A DNA stretch of 64,000 bases from Monocercomonoides exilis PA203 (Eukaryota; Protista; Preaxostyla): contig LSRY02000038.1 in assembly GCA_001643675.2 (NCBI GenBank), forward strand, positions 124,001 through 188,000, in the 5' to 3' direction. Numbering within the stretch: position 1 is the first letter of the stretch; each line of letters opens with the position of its first letter. Below the pieces are notes generated by a model that was given only the letters and a program-made list of their open reading frames with translations, made no database searches and was not told the DNA's origin. The position numbers and the translations under genes were made by a program. Of the stretch, positions 21,796 through 32,156 are shown in pieces.

Positions 21796-24315
21796 TTACT
21801 CTGCTGGTTCAGGATCGACAATGTCATCCTTGTTCCTCACGATTGAGTAGCTAGCAGCGTCAGTCACATCGCCTCTCCCAGTGAAGCCATACACTGTGCG
21901 CTTCACTGTCTTCGTGGCTGGGTATTGCTCCACCACCACCATTCCTTCCTCAGTCATCCGGTCAAAGAAGCAGGTGTGTGCAGTGGTTGGAGTGCGCTTC
22001 ACAGTCTTCTTCACCACCTTCGTCTCCTTCGTGACAGGATCCACTTCTTCCTCCTCAACCTCCACGTCGATGCGCTCAGGGAATGTCCCGTTCACAAACG
22101 TCGCAATCACAGCGCCTGAGTCAATCGGGAACGACGTGTTTGTAATCGCCTCTCCTGCCACCCACTCGCTCGTCGCACCCACATCAGAGAAGAGCTGCAC
22201 CAGCGACACGCAATCGCCATCGTCATACGACTCCACATCCACAATCGCCTCCACTCCTTCTTCCAGCTCAATGTAATGTCCTCCTTCAATCGGCGGGTTC
22301 GGCGCTGGATAGGGCTTTGGGTGTGGGGGCTCTGGACGTGGCTTCGGTGGCTCTGGCACTGGCTCTGGTTCTGGTTCGGGTTCTGGTTCTGGTTCTGGCT
22401 CTGGCTCTGGTTCGGGTTCGGGTTCTGGCTCTGGTTCAGGGTAGTCAGGTTCGTCGGGCTCATCGGGATAGTCTGGTTCGTCAGGGTAATCTGGCTCATC
22501 GGGCTCATCGGGCTCATCGGGCTCATCTGGATAGTCTGGTTCATCGGGATAGTCTGGCTCAGGCTCGGGGACTGGCTCTGGTTGAGGCTTTGGTTGTGGC
22601 TGGGGCTTCGGAGGTTGGGGTTTCGGGGGTTGAGGCTTTGGTGGCTGAGGCTTTGGTGGTTGAGGTTTCTTCGATGGAATTTTGATTTTCTGGCCAACAT
22701 ATATCTTGTTAGGATTGGCAATATGATTGTATTTTGCCAATTCTGCAACTGTTGTGTGATACATTGCAGCTATCTTTGACAATGTGTCTCCTTTCTTCAC
22801 AATGTAAACATCCTTTGATGGCTGAGGCTGTGGCTTTGGTTGTGGCTTTGGCTGTGGTTTCGGTGTCGGTTTTGGAGTTGGCTTGGGTGTCGGTTTTGGA
22901 GTTGGCTTGGGTGTCGGTTTTGGAGTTGGCTTGGGTGTCGGTTTTGGAGTTGGCTTGGGTGTCGGTTTTGGAGTTGGCTTGGGTGTCGGTTTTGGAGTTG
23001 GCTTGGGTGTCGGTTTTGGAGTTGGCTTGGGTGTCGGTTTTGGAGTTGGCTTGGGTGTCGGTTTTGGAGTTGGCTTGGGTGTCGGTTTTGGAGTTGGCTT
23101 GGGAGTTGGCTTTGGAGTTGGCTTGGGTGTCGGTTTTGGAGTTGGCTTGGGTGTCGGTTTTGGAGTTGGCTTTGGAGTCGGTTTTGGAGTCGGCTTTGGA
23201 GTCGGTTTTGGAGTCGGCTTGGGAGTTGGCTTTGGTTGTGGCTTTGGAGTTGGCTTTGGAGTTGGCTTTGGAGTTGGTTTGGGGGTTGGTTTGGGGGTTG
23301 GTTTTGGGGTTGGTTTTGGGGTTGGTTTTGGGGTTGGTTTTGGGGTTGGTTTTGGGGTTGGTTTTGGTGCTGGCTTGGGAGTAGGTTTTGGAGTGGGTTT
23401 CGGTGTTGGTTTTGGTGTTGGCTTTGGAGTCGGCTTTGGTTGTGGCTTTGGCTGTGGTTTAGGTGTTGGTTTAGGTGTCGGTTTTGGAGTCGGCTTTGGA
23501 GTCGGCTTTGGGGTTGGCTTTGGGGTCGGCTTTGGGGTCGGCTTTGGGGTCGGCTTTGGGGTCGGCTTTGGGGTCGGCTTTGGGGTCGGCTTTGGGGTCG
23601 GCTTTGGGGTTGGCTTTGGGGTCGGCTTTGGGGTTGGCTTTGGGGTCGGCTTTGGGGTTGGCTTTGGAGTCGGCTTTGGGGTCGGCTTTGGGGTCGGCTT
23701 TGGGGTCGGCTTTGGGGTCGGCTTTGGGGTCGGCTTTGGGGTCGGCTTTGGGGTTGGCTTTGGGGTCGGCTTTGGGGTTGGCTTTGGGGTCGGCTTTGGG
23801 GTTGGCTTTGGGGTCGGCTTTGGTTTGGGAGTTGGTTTGGGAGTTGGTTTCGGTTTTGGTGCTGGCTTTGGTGCTGGCTTTGGTGCTGGCTTCGGCTTCG
23901 GTGCTGGCTTCGGCTTCGGTGCTGGCTTCGGCTTAGGTTTAGCTGCCTTTGCACCGTCCAATTCTTCTCCAGAATATTCATCGTCCAATTCAAATATTTC
24001 ATATTCGAACTCCAATTCGCTTTCTTCTTCTTCTCCCTCATCATTGAAGACCTCTTCCAAATCAATATACTCTTCATCTTGATCCTCAAAAAGTTGAATG
24101 ATCTCGTCTTCATCTTTCTCCGGAATTGCTTCTATCTCTTCCGTTTCATCCTCCTCATCATAAACATCCGTTAACTTGTATTCTACGTTCTGGTATTCAT
24201 TCCAGATCTTTCCTTTTTCATAGACAGCGCTTGCGTTGAATTCACTTCTTTCTGGCTCAAGCTCCAGAAATGAATTTGCGAAAGCAGCTGATATCAAAAG
24301 CAACAGTTTCAGCAT
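21796..24315 (-). CDS. secreted LysM + Tae2/Dae2-like (BPSL0067-type, NlpC/P60-fold) peptidoglycan amidase with long Pro-rich stalk
   Basis: Likely start [13 protein letters not shown] (ATG at 24315, signal peptide), then an acidic block and ~1.1 kb of PKPT repeats. Canonical Lys[45 protein letters not shown] (22675-22812). C-terminal domain [40 protein letters not shown]. Confidence 0.85.
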   Translation of the reverse strand: MLKLLLLISAAFANSFLELEPERSEFNASAVYEKGKIWNEYQNVEYKLTDVYDEEDETEEIEAIPEKDEDEIIQLFEDQDEEYIDLEEVFNDEGEEEESELEFEYEIFELDDEYSGEELDGAKAAKPKPKPAPKPKPAPKPKPAPKPAPKPAPKPKPTPKPTPKPKPTPKPTPKPTPKPTPKPTPKPTPKPTPKPTPKPTPKPTPKPTPKPTPKPTPKPTPKPTPKPTPKPTPKPTPKPTPKPTPKPTPKPTPKPTPKPTPKPTPKPTPKPTPKPTPKPTPKPTPKPQPKPQPKPTPKPTPKPTPKPTPKPTPKPAPKPTPKPTPKPTPKPTPKPTPKPTPKPTPKPTPKPTPKPTPKPQPKPTPKPTPKPTPKPTPKPTPKPTPKPTPKPTPKPTPKPTPKPTPKPTPKPTPKPTPKPTPKPTPKPTPKPTPKPTPKPTPKPTPKPTPKPTPKPTPKPTPKPTPKPTPKPTPKPTPKPTPKPTPKPQPKPQPKPQPQPSKDVYIVKKGDTLSKIAAMYHTTVAELAKYNHIANPNKIYVGQKIKIPSKKPQPPKPQPPKPQPPKPQPPKPQPQPKPQPEPVPEPEPDYPDEPDYPDEPDEPDEPDEPDYPDEPDYPDEPDEPDYPEPEPEPEPEPEPEPEPEPEPEPEPEPVPEPPKPRPEPPHPKPYPAPNPPIEGGHYIELEEGVEAIVDVESYDDGDCVSLVQLFSDVGATSEWVAGEAITNTSFPIDSGAVIATFVNGTFPERIDVEVEEEEVDPVTKETKVVKKTVKRTPTTAHTCFFDRMTEEGMVVVEQYPATKTVKRTVYGFTGRGDVTDAASYSIVRNKDDIVDPEPAE
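22815..23935 (-). repeat. coding minisatellite, 12-bp unit encoding [12 protein letters not shown]
   Basis: Tandem tttggggtcggc / tttggagttggc units and a 24-bp higher-order unit at ~22860-23160. Confidence 0.95.
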
Positions 24316-24846
24316 TTTTCCAAAATTCGAAATGATGAAAAAACGATAAAAGGCTTTATAATTACCATTATTTACAAAATCCTTTTTACCCATTACTGAT
24401 CGATCAAAATATGCCATTCATAAATCTGTTTTTTATTCAAAGAATATAAAATTTTTATTAGTGAGAAATCAACATAATTTATTGAACAAGCCCAAATGCA
24501 AAATTTGAAATAGATTTTTAACGAAAAACTATTTCCATAAAAAACGCCATTCAAGATAACATAAAAGTTTTCAACCATTTTATTTTTGCTGTTTTCAATG
24601 AGATGTGTGTGACTGTTTTTGAATCTGTATTTTCTTTTTCTGAATTTTCTGTTTGTGAATAAACTTTGAATATTGATAAATGAAAACTAAATAGTGATGA
24701 CTTCTTTGATGAATTATTTTTCCATGGATATCAACTTAAACGTCAACTTTTGAAATCAATTATCATTCATTTTTATTTAAAATGATAAATAACTAATCAA
24801 AGAAAGAAAACCTTAAAAAAATCAATTTGTGTTAATGTGAATCCAG

Positions 24847-24889
<43 letters not shown>

Positions 24890-24943
24890 AGATTTTTTGT
24901 GATATGAATTGAAATGTTTGACTTTATTAAAATAATAAACTTT

Positions 24944-25629
24944 TTTCAAAAGCGGATATAATCACATTGAACTGAATCTTCATCGATTTGAATCTCATTT
25001 TCGAGTGCAATAACATTTTTAACCTATTTTTTCTTCTTTTTCAATCGCATGTGATCGCAGGGCAGAAAATATGTGTGATTATTTTGGAAACAAAATTTTT
25101 TCATTCAATATTTTCGGTTTGAAAATTTCCTTTAAACAAAAATAAATTCATGCACTAAAATGAAAATGCTTTTTCAGATATCTTCTTTTTTTTCAGCTTT
25201 AACATTTGCTTTTAAAACAGTTGTGATAAATACACAAATTGAAGATAAAATCACTTCCCTGTGACAAACAACCTTTGAAAAATGGACACTCTAAAAAATG
25301 TTATGATTTCGAAAATAATCACCAATGCATAATCACATTTTATTTCATTATGAATATTTTTTCATTGATAAATCAATTTATTTATTATTATTTTTAAAAT
25401 CATGTTTTATAAGTTGAAATAATGTGTTTTAATGAAAAAAGTTATTTTTTCAATTGATAATAGTGTAGCGGGAAGCATTTTCAAAAATTGAAAAACTAAC
25501 CAAAACAATTAAATAAATTAATTAATTTTTAATTATTTTCTCTGAAAAGAAACATCGTGTGTAATCACGATCGAATGTAATTACAAAGAGTGGTGCAATC
25601 TTTTATGTGATTGCATCCGATTTTTCCCG
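24944..25629 (-). mobile_element. degenerate pogo/Tc1-mariner-like MITE, relative of 55004-55453
   Basis: 25554-25631 (catcgtgtgtaatcacgatcgaatgtaattacaaagagtggtgc...atgtgattgcatccgatttttcccgta) aligns with the reverse complement of 55002-55080. The left end carries cggatataatcacat. Confidence 0.65.
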
Positions 25630-25943
25630 TATTTTGCTCCATTTGACTTTTGAAATCATCACACATGTTGATTGTGTAAAAATATCGGACAAGACCGATT
25701 TTTCAATTACTTCAGAAGAAGAAATTCCAATAATTTTTCTCCAAACACATATCATCAAAGCAAGCTCATTTGATATATGTCAAAAAATATTTTAAAAATT
25801 CCTTTTGTTTGATTTTTTTAAAAAAAACAAAAACAAAAATTATTATTATAATCTAATTTCTGTTCTCATTCACATAATTTAACTGTCATGTCAACAAAAC
25901 CTTGAAAGTGTTATTATTTCCATTTTTGTGAATTTTCATGATT

Positions 25944-26177
25944 GGGAACAGTTATTTTTTCGAAATATGGAATTATTTAAAAGAATAAAAATTTCAAATT
26001 TCGATCATATTTCCGTTCCAACGAACGAAATTTTTTTTTAATAGAAATAATTTAAGTGTCAAAGTCATATTTTCATGACAGAGAAATTTCGTGAGAAGGA
26101 ACAGAAATTTGATCGAAATATGAAAATTTTCTTTTATTTGAAAATAAAACAAAAGGAATTTTTCAAAAAATTCAGAC
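25944..26177. mobile_element. degenerate MITE family B copy
   Basis: Internal hairpin at 25988-26130 with the same arm spacing as 2800-2943. Its acagaaatttgatcgaaatatgaaaatttt compares with acagaaatttgagcaaaatatgaaaatttt there. Ends tttcaaaaaattcagac|ATAT. Confidence 0.6.
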
Positions 26178-26181
26178 ATAT

Positions 26182-26447
26182 GGGGAAAAATATTTCTCTT
26201 CAGGCATTTTCATTAAACAATTATCCATTTTTCATTGATTTTTTTTATCAAAAAACACGTTGATAATATATTAATTTTTTGACATTCATAAAATGCTTCA
26301 ATTCCTCATGTTTTGATTTCAACGATGCATGTTTACGGATATGAAAATCAAATGAATTTAAAATCTGAGAAAACAAAACAAAGTTATGAGTGAAGCAATT
26401 TTTAAGTGCCTTGTGCAAAAAAAGCTTGAAAGACCGTATTATCCCCC
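26182..26447. mobile_element. MITE family A, copy 3 (266 bp), ATAT TSD
   Basis: ATAT|GGGGAAAAATATTTCTCTTCAGGC ... GCTTGAAAGACCGTATTATCCCCC|ATAT. Confidence 0.85.
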
Positions 26448-27389
26448 ATATAAGGAAATATTTCCGCTTTATTTGTTCAAGGAAATAAAAAATTAATGAT
26501 ATCTCAAAAAAAAAAAGGATTTTGAGCTTCTTTGAGATATCAGTTGTTAATATTTGAACACTTTATGGAAACGGAAATGAAAGTTAGCGATTCTAAATTT
26601 GTTGGCAATAATAAGGTCATCTTGAATGGAAATAATAAGTTTTTCTTATCTTACAGTTATTGAGAAATTGATCTTGTCCGGTTTTTTGTGTGCAATCAAT
26701 AATGATGCGAAATGATAATCTGTTAATAAAACAATCATTGTTCAACGTTCATTTTTGTTGTTACAAATTATCATTCCGATATTTTTGATAGATAAAAAGC
26801 AATTCGAAAAAATATAAAAAAAAATTTTTTTTGAAAATGGAACATTTTCAGAATTATCAATACATAAACAAATAAATATCGAAAAAAAGTTAGAGAAAGA
26901 GAAAGAAAAATATTTATTAGTGAATAAATATGCAAATAAGAAAATATTTTTCATTTTTTTTTTCCATTTATTTAATTTTGTTAAATTTTATTTTATTAAT
27001 TTGTTTTTTGATTCCTTTAATATCGCGTAAAATAGACAAAACGAAAAAAATTTTCATTGTGTATAAATTCATTTTTGATATCGAATTTGAATATAATTTG
27101 TATTTTAATATAAGATTTCTATTATTCGACATTAACTTTATGTTGAAAATTTGTTATGATATAATTACACTTTAATTGGATGTATCTTATTAAAATGAAA
27201 ACTCCTTTTGGCGTAACATTTTATTTCCAATCCAATTAAAAAACAAAAATTGTTTACAAAATCTGTAAAACTGCATGTTGTCACACAAACATTCCCCAAC
27301 TTCATACTAGTATGTGAGATGAATTATAACTTCAGCAGTAGCTTATTCATAAATTGAAAAAAGCTGTAAAAGGAAGAATAAAAATGAAT

Positions 27390-28017
27390 TTAGTAGAAAT
27401 AGCCAAGAATTTTTCCTCCTGTTCCACGTTTTCTAGCTTCTTCATGAGACATAATTCCATATGAAGTTGTTAAAACAATAAATCCGAATTGACGGGCCGG
27501 AAGAAGATTTGTTACCCAGCGTTCCATTTGGTCAAGTCCAACATCAAAACGTGGTGAAATTACACCACATTTGTTTAGGCGACCATTAAGTTCAACAACA
27601 ACTTTTCCAGCTCGATGATCGTCCACAACCTCAAATTCTCCAATGTATCCTTCAAAATGTTAATTATAAAATAACATTAATGAATCAAATAATTTCAAAA
27701 ATACATGAAAAAAAATTGGAAATTTTCAACAATTGAATCATTTATATTGAAAATATTATTTATAAAATTTCAATGAAATAATCAGAAGTGGTTGATTTTT
27801 TACACACAAACAAGACATATCAAAAAAATTAGAAAAAATTTAAATTTATGAAAAGGTCTGAAATTAAGAATAAAATTAGCATACCATGCTTTTGCATCAC
27901 ACGAAGGAATTTAAGAACGACTTTGCTGCAAGGACGAATAAGAACTTGACGCTTCCCAGATCTTTCGGCAACAACAATTGTGTTTAAACATTCACTCAAC
28001 ACATTCATACGGACCAT
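27390..28017 (-). CDS. RPS15A: 40S ribosomal protein S15a (uS8), 2 exons: 28017-27885, 27649-27390
   Basis: [33 protein letters not shown]...KHG|[36 protein letters not shown]...GGKILGYFY, 130 aa. 235-nt GT..AG intron. Confidence 0.97.
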
Positions 28018-28380
28018 TTCTAACTAAAATGCTGTGCGACGAATCTTGATAATAACATCAATTTTGTTAAATGTGAACGAATTACAAAATAAAAAAAATA
28101 AACAAACCAATAATGATCAAATTTCCGCATTTGCCTTTTATGCCCATAACCGATCACATAATCAACAAAAATGATTCGCCCAGAAACTCTAAAAGCTTTT
28201 ATAAATCAAGTACAAAAAAATTCTATAGAAAAGCCTACGAGAATACAAGTATGCTTCGGAAATTAAGAAAAAAATTAATTTATTGTGATTTGAAAACAAT
28301 TTCTTAATTCATCCAATTTTGTCATAAGTACAAAATTGATTCGTTTGTAAAATATACGCGCAATGCTTATTTTAAAATAG

Positions 28381-28907
28381 GCTCAGATGTTATTCCAGAA
28401 GCTGAAAAATATATTATTGCAACGATTGCTGAACTCACAAAACTTGTTTCAGATTCATCTAAAGAATACGAGGCATTGGCTATTCAGGAAAACTTACAAC
28501 TAACATCTACTTCAGATCAATTATTTTTCCTGACAAATGTGTGCAATTGTCTTCTTACTGATTGAATGTTTTTTTATTTGATTCAAAAATAGCAATTGGA
28601 AAGGAAAAAACAATGTCTTGCGAATCAATTCATGCAAATAGCATCTATTGACTTGCCCCCACTTATAAATGAAAGTTATCCAACAAATTCCGATCATCAA
28701 AAACGCTGTTATGGCAAACGTTTGCCAATTGTTTTAATAATTGCTGTGTTGCTCATTTTTATCCTTTCTTGTAGAAAATATAATTAACAAAGACATGTCG
28801 CATAATCCTTCATCTAAACTTCCACAGCTTGATTTTGATTGCTTCGCACCATTAACACTAAAATCATGTTTGCCTTTAAAAATTCACTTGTCTTTCAATA
28901 ACTGTTA
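28381..28907 (+). CDS. hypothetical multi-exon gene, divergent from RPS15A (5' end unresolved)
   Basis: Three frame-compatible segments (SDVIPEAEKYII...FLTN | QLERKKQC...CYG | NIINKDMSHNP...FNNC*) joined by short GT..AG introns. No recognisable homology. Confidence 0.4.
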
Positions 28908-29940
28908 ATTTATAAATTATTTTACTGTAATTTTTTTAAATTTTTTAAAAATTTTTATTGAAATTAAAGTGAAAATTTAATATAATTCGAAGAAAGTCAA
29001 AGACAATCGTTGTTATATGTTATTTTCTCATATTTTTCCATCTTTCTCTCTCTTTTTCTTTGTATTTGTGAAGTATTTTCTTCTTTAGCAATTATTTGTT
29101 CATAAACACATCATCCCTCTTATAAGCGAGAAAATTGTTTCATGTATTTTATTTCATGTGTTTTCATTGTTTTCACTTATTGACAAATTTTTGAATAATA
29201 TTTTTATTATCTTGAATGTTGAAGATTTTAGATATTTTTTTTTTCGTTTTTTAAATGACATTTCATTTTACACATCATTTGAATGTACTGCCATTTATTC
29301 TATCCGAAGCGATGACAAAAGAATTAGACATTGCTTTGAAATTTGTGTTCAACAAGCATTTACAGAAATATTTATGAATTATCAAATTTCATTGTGTTGT
29401 TTCAAACTCAATAATAAGTTCGTCTTTTTCGACTTGAATGAGATATTTTTCATTTATAAGCACAGAAGCAAATGAAAGGAATATTTTATAACATAAACTT
29501 CCATTAATTCAGAAACATAGTTTTTTCACAAACATTTTCTTCCATTGTGTGATAAAAATCGAAATGTGAAAACTTTCTTTTTCAAAGGAAAAAAAAAGAC
29601 AAGAAAAGAAAAGAAATAAAAGATTCTTGTTTTATTTAATTTCCTGAAATTCTAATTTCTTCATCACTTGAGTTAATGTCAACTTGTTTTTCTTATAAAA
29701 TGAAATGAAGACATTCATCAGTTTCAATGCGATGCATCCATTCATGCCCTCTTTAAAGTTAAGAAAATACAAGTGAAAAAATTTTAATTGTATTGCTTTA
29801 ACTTCAACTCTAATAAATAATTCATCATTTAATCACCTTTATTTTTCGCTTTCCGCTTTAGGAAAATAAAAATTATCGTGAATGAAAAGAAGAAAATTTG
29901 AAATGTAACATTAAATGAAATGAATAATGATAATCTCTAA

Positions 29941-30984
29941 TTACACTGAATTTGGTGCGAATGTTCTACCCATATGAGGTGCTTTCAATTTATCAAAGTT
30001 CTTAACAACAATGTCGTGAATGAACAAATAGAAGTTCCTTATTTAAATACAAAAATTATGTTCAGAAATTTTCAAATCAAGAAAAGTTATAAAAATGAAA
30101 AAAAAATAAATTAAACCGTAGATCTGTAAGAGTTTGCACGCAGAAAAAGATTTGACGCTCTTCCATTTCCATGATGCACTTTCCCACATCGTCCAAAAAT
30201 GGGAAACGATAAAACTGATGGCAAAAAGGTAAAATAATGAAAATTCACATTTTTCACTTTAATAGAACACAAAAAAAGAGGGAAGCACAAACTTTTACGA
30301 AAAGCTTTGCGCGAGAATCGGAATATTGAGAAAATTTTGATAGCCCTTCAACCCCCACTATTAAAATGTTGAAAATTGTGGAAAAATTTCTTAAAGAAAA
30401 AGAAAAATTGAAAGACATACTGCTCTCCAAACTTTGTGCAGTTGAAACAATAAGATCCTTTTTTATATGAAAAAGTAAGTTTTAAAAAAATCATGAAAAA
30501 TCACAGACCATGACTTCTGCTCCAAAAATGGTGCTATCAGTTATTGCTGGTTTTTGAAGCGAAAACCAAAGTCGAAAAGTCGACAGATTTCGAACAAAGT
30601 CAGAAAGATAGTCTAACACCATTTGGTTCAGGTTTTCTATTGCCTTAACATCAAATACATTTCATTTTTCAAAAAAAATAACATCATTGTAAACATCATT
30701 AACAGGAGCATTAATTTCTGTTGGCTTATCAATAATTTGTTGTGTTAGAAGCATAGCAGATTTATATCGTTCTATAACAATTGCAAAAGATTAATATCAA
30801 TGAAAGTTGAGAGTAAATAAATCAAACCACTTGAATGATCGAGATAGTCTGTATTCTGCATTGCAACGCGATCCAATTCAAGCGCCTTTTCGGAAAAGGT
30901 CTTTATCATAGCCATTGATTTTTCTTTTAAATGTGGATCAATCAAATTTTCTAAAGAAACATCAGATTTAATTTCAGAAGCCAT
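29941..30984 (-). CDS. proteasome activator PA28/11S REG family protein, 7 exons (30984-30828, 30771-30695, 30643-30509, 30457-30421, 30357-30293, 30214-30117, 30037-29941), 221 aa
   Basis: The spliced product reads FVRNLSTFRLWFSLQKPAITDSTIFGAEVMDLIVSTAQSLESMGVEGLSKFSQYSDSRAKLFVKFYRFPFLDDVGKCIMEMEERQ...LTDLRNFYLFIHDIVVKNFDKLKAP. This parallels the PA28 C-domain (W..L.IP.IEDGNNFGV...Y...RAK.V.K..KYP...D...LRN.Y..LHD.I.KN..K.K.P). All six introns are GT..AG and keep frame. Confidence 0.88.
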
Positions 30985-31389
30985 TTTGCTATAATAATGG
31001 GTCAAAAATGGTTCAAGATTTTCTTTATTGATTTAACTTGATTTTTTTGTATTTATGAATTAAAAATATTTTCAAAGAATAATTCAAACAACTATCATCA
31101 TTAACATTTTATTGATTGCAAAATATTTTATAATTGCTATTTGTCTCGTCACAACCAGAAACAATTAGAGAAATGATAAAAAAAAAAGCGAAATGTTACA
31201 ATCCAAAGAGCTACTTAAGCTTTGATTGATTGATTCAGAAAGAAAAAACTTGATATTCAAGAATAATGAGAATTCACAATACAAACAGTTCAAGAAATAT
31301 TTTTGAAATAAAGGGAAAATTCGATATTGCTAAGAAATGGCTGGTGAATCTGGAAGATCAGAAAAAATATAAAAATAAAATACAAAAAT

Positions 31390-31421
<32 letters not shown>

Positions 31422-31895
31422 AAAAAAAAAAAAAAAAGGAGAGATTTTGATAAACAGGAAGACAAACATGAAAATAAGAAGGACACAAAACAGATAGCAT
31501 CAATCTCAGGTAGTTCAATATGTGATATTCAAATCAATTTATTTTTTCTCTCTTTCTCTCTTTCTCTCTTTCTCTCTCTCTCTCTCTCACTCACTCACTC
31601 ACTCACTCACTCACTCACTCACTCACTCACTCACTTACACATAGATATAGACATTAATTGTTCAGTGATAATAACAAATAAAAATAAATCATAGAATAAA
31701 CAAACAAACAAACAAACAAACAAATTAATTATTTAACAATAAAATTTATTTCCTCTCAGAAAAAGAAAAAAATAAACTCAAAAAAAGAAAGAAGAAAGAA
31801 GAAAGAAGAAAGAAGAAAGAAGAAAGAAGAAAGAAGAAAGAAGAAAGAAGAAAGAAGAAAGAAGAAAGAAGAAAGAAGAAAGAAGAAAGAAGAAA

Positions 31896-31932
<37 letters not shown>

Positions 31933-32156
31933 ATAATAATGATAAAAAAACTGATCAATATTTATTTATTTTCCCCTTCTCTTCTCCTCTTCTCCACTTC
32001 TCCACTTCTCCCTTCCTCTTCTCCCTCTCCCTCTCTCTCTCCCCCCTCATTCTCCCTCTCTCTCTCTCTCCTCCTTCCCTCCTTTCCTCCCTCCTTTCCT
32101 CCCTCCTTTCCTCCCTCCTTTCCTCCCTCCTTTCCTCCCTCCTTTCCTCCCTTCCT
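31390..32156. repeat. simple-repeat cluster: (CA)n, (CT)n, (CACT)n, (AAAC)n, (AAGAAAG)n, (CCTCCTTTCCTC)n
   Basis: Directly visible tandem microsatellites. Confidence 0.9.

Noticed and set aside
23280-23820. TTTTGGGG/TTGGGG runs resembling ciliate telomeric repeats or a CRISPR-like array
   Set aside because: They are the antisense of Pro-Lys-Pro-Thr codons within the amidase ORF; there are no spacers and no chromosome end.
22276-24174. Long overlapping ORFs ([16 protein letters not shown] repeats)
   Set aside because: Alternative-frame and antisense shadows of the 12-bp coding repeat.
24316-24417. Upstream ATG start (MAYFDRSV...) for the amidase; likewise the 56565 start for the GTPase
   Set aside because: These are AT-rich non-coding-like extensions. 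The downstream ATGs follow A-rich contexts, and for the amidase the downstream ATG begins a clear signal peptide.
27650-27884. Possible intronic snoRNA in RPS15A
   Set aside because: A CTGA is present, but there is no convincing RUGAUGA box or terminal stem.
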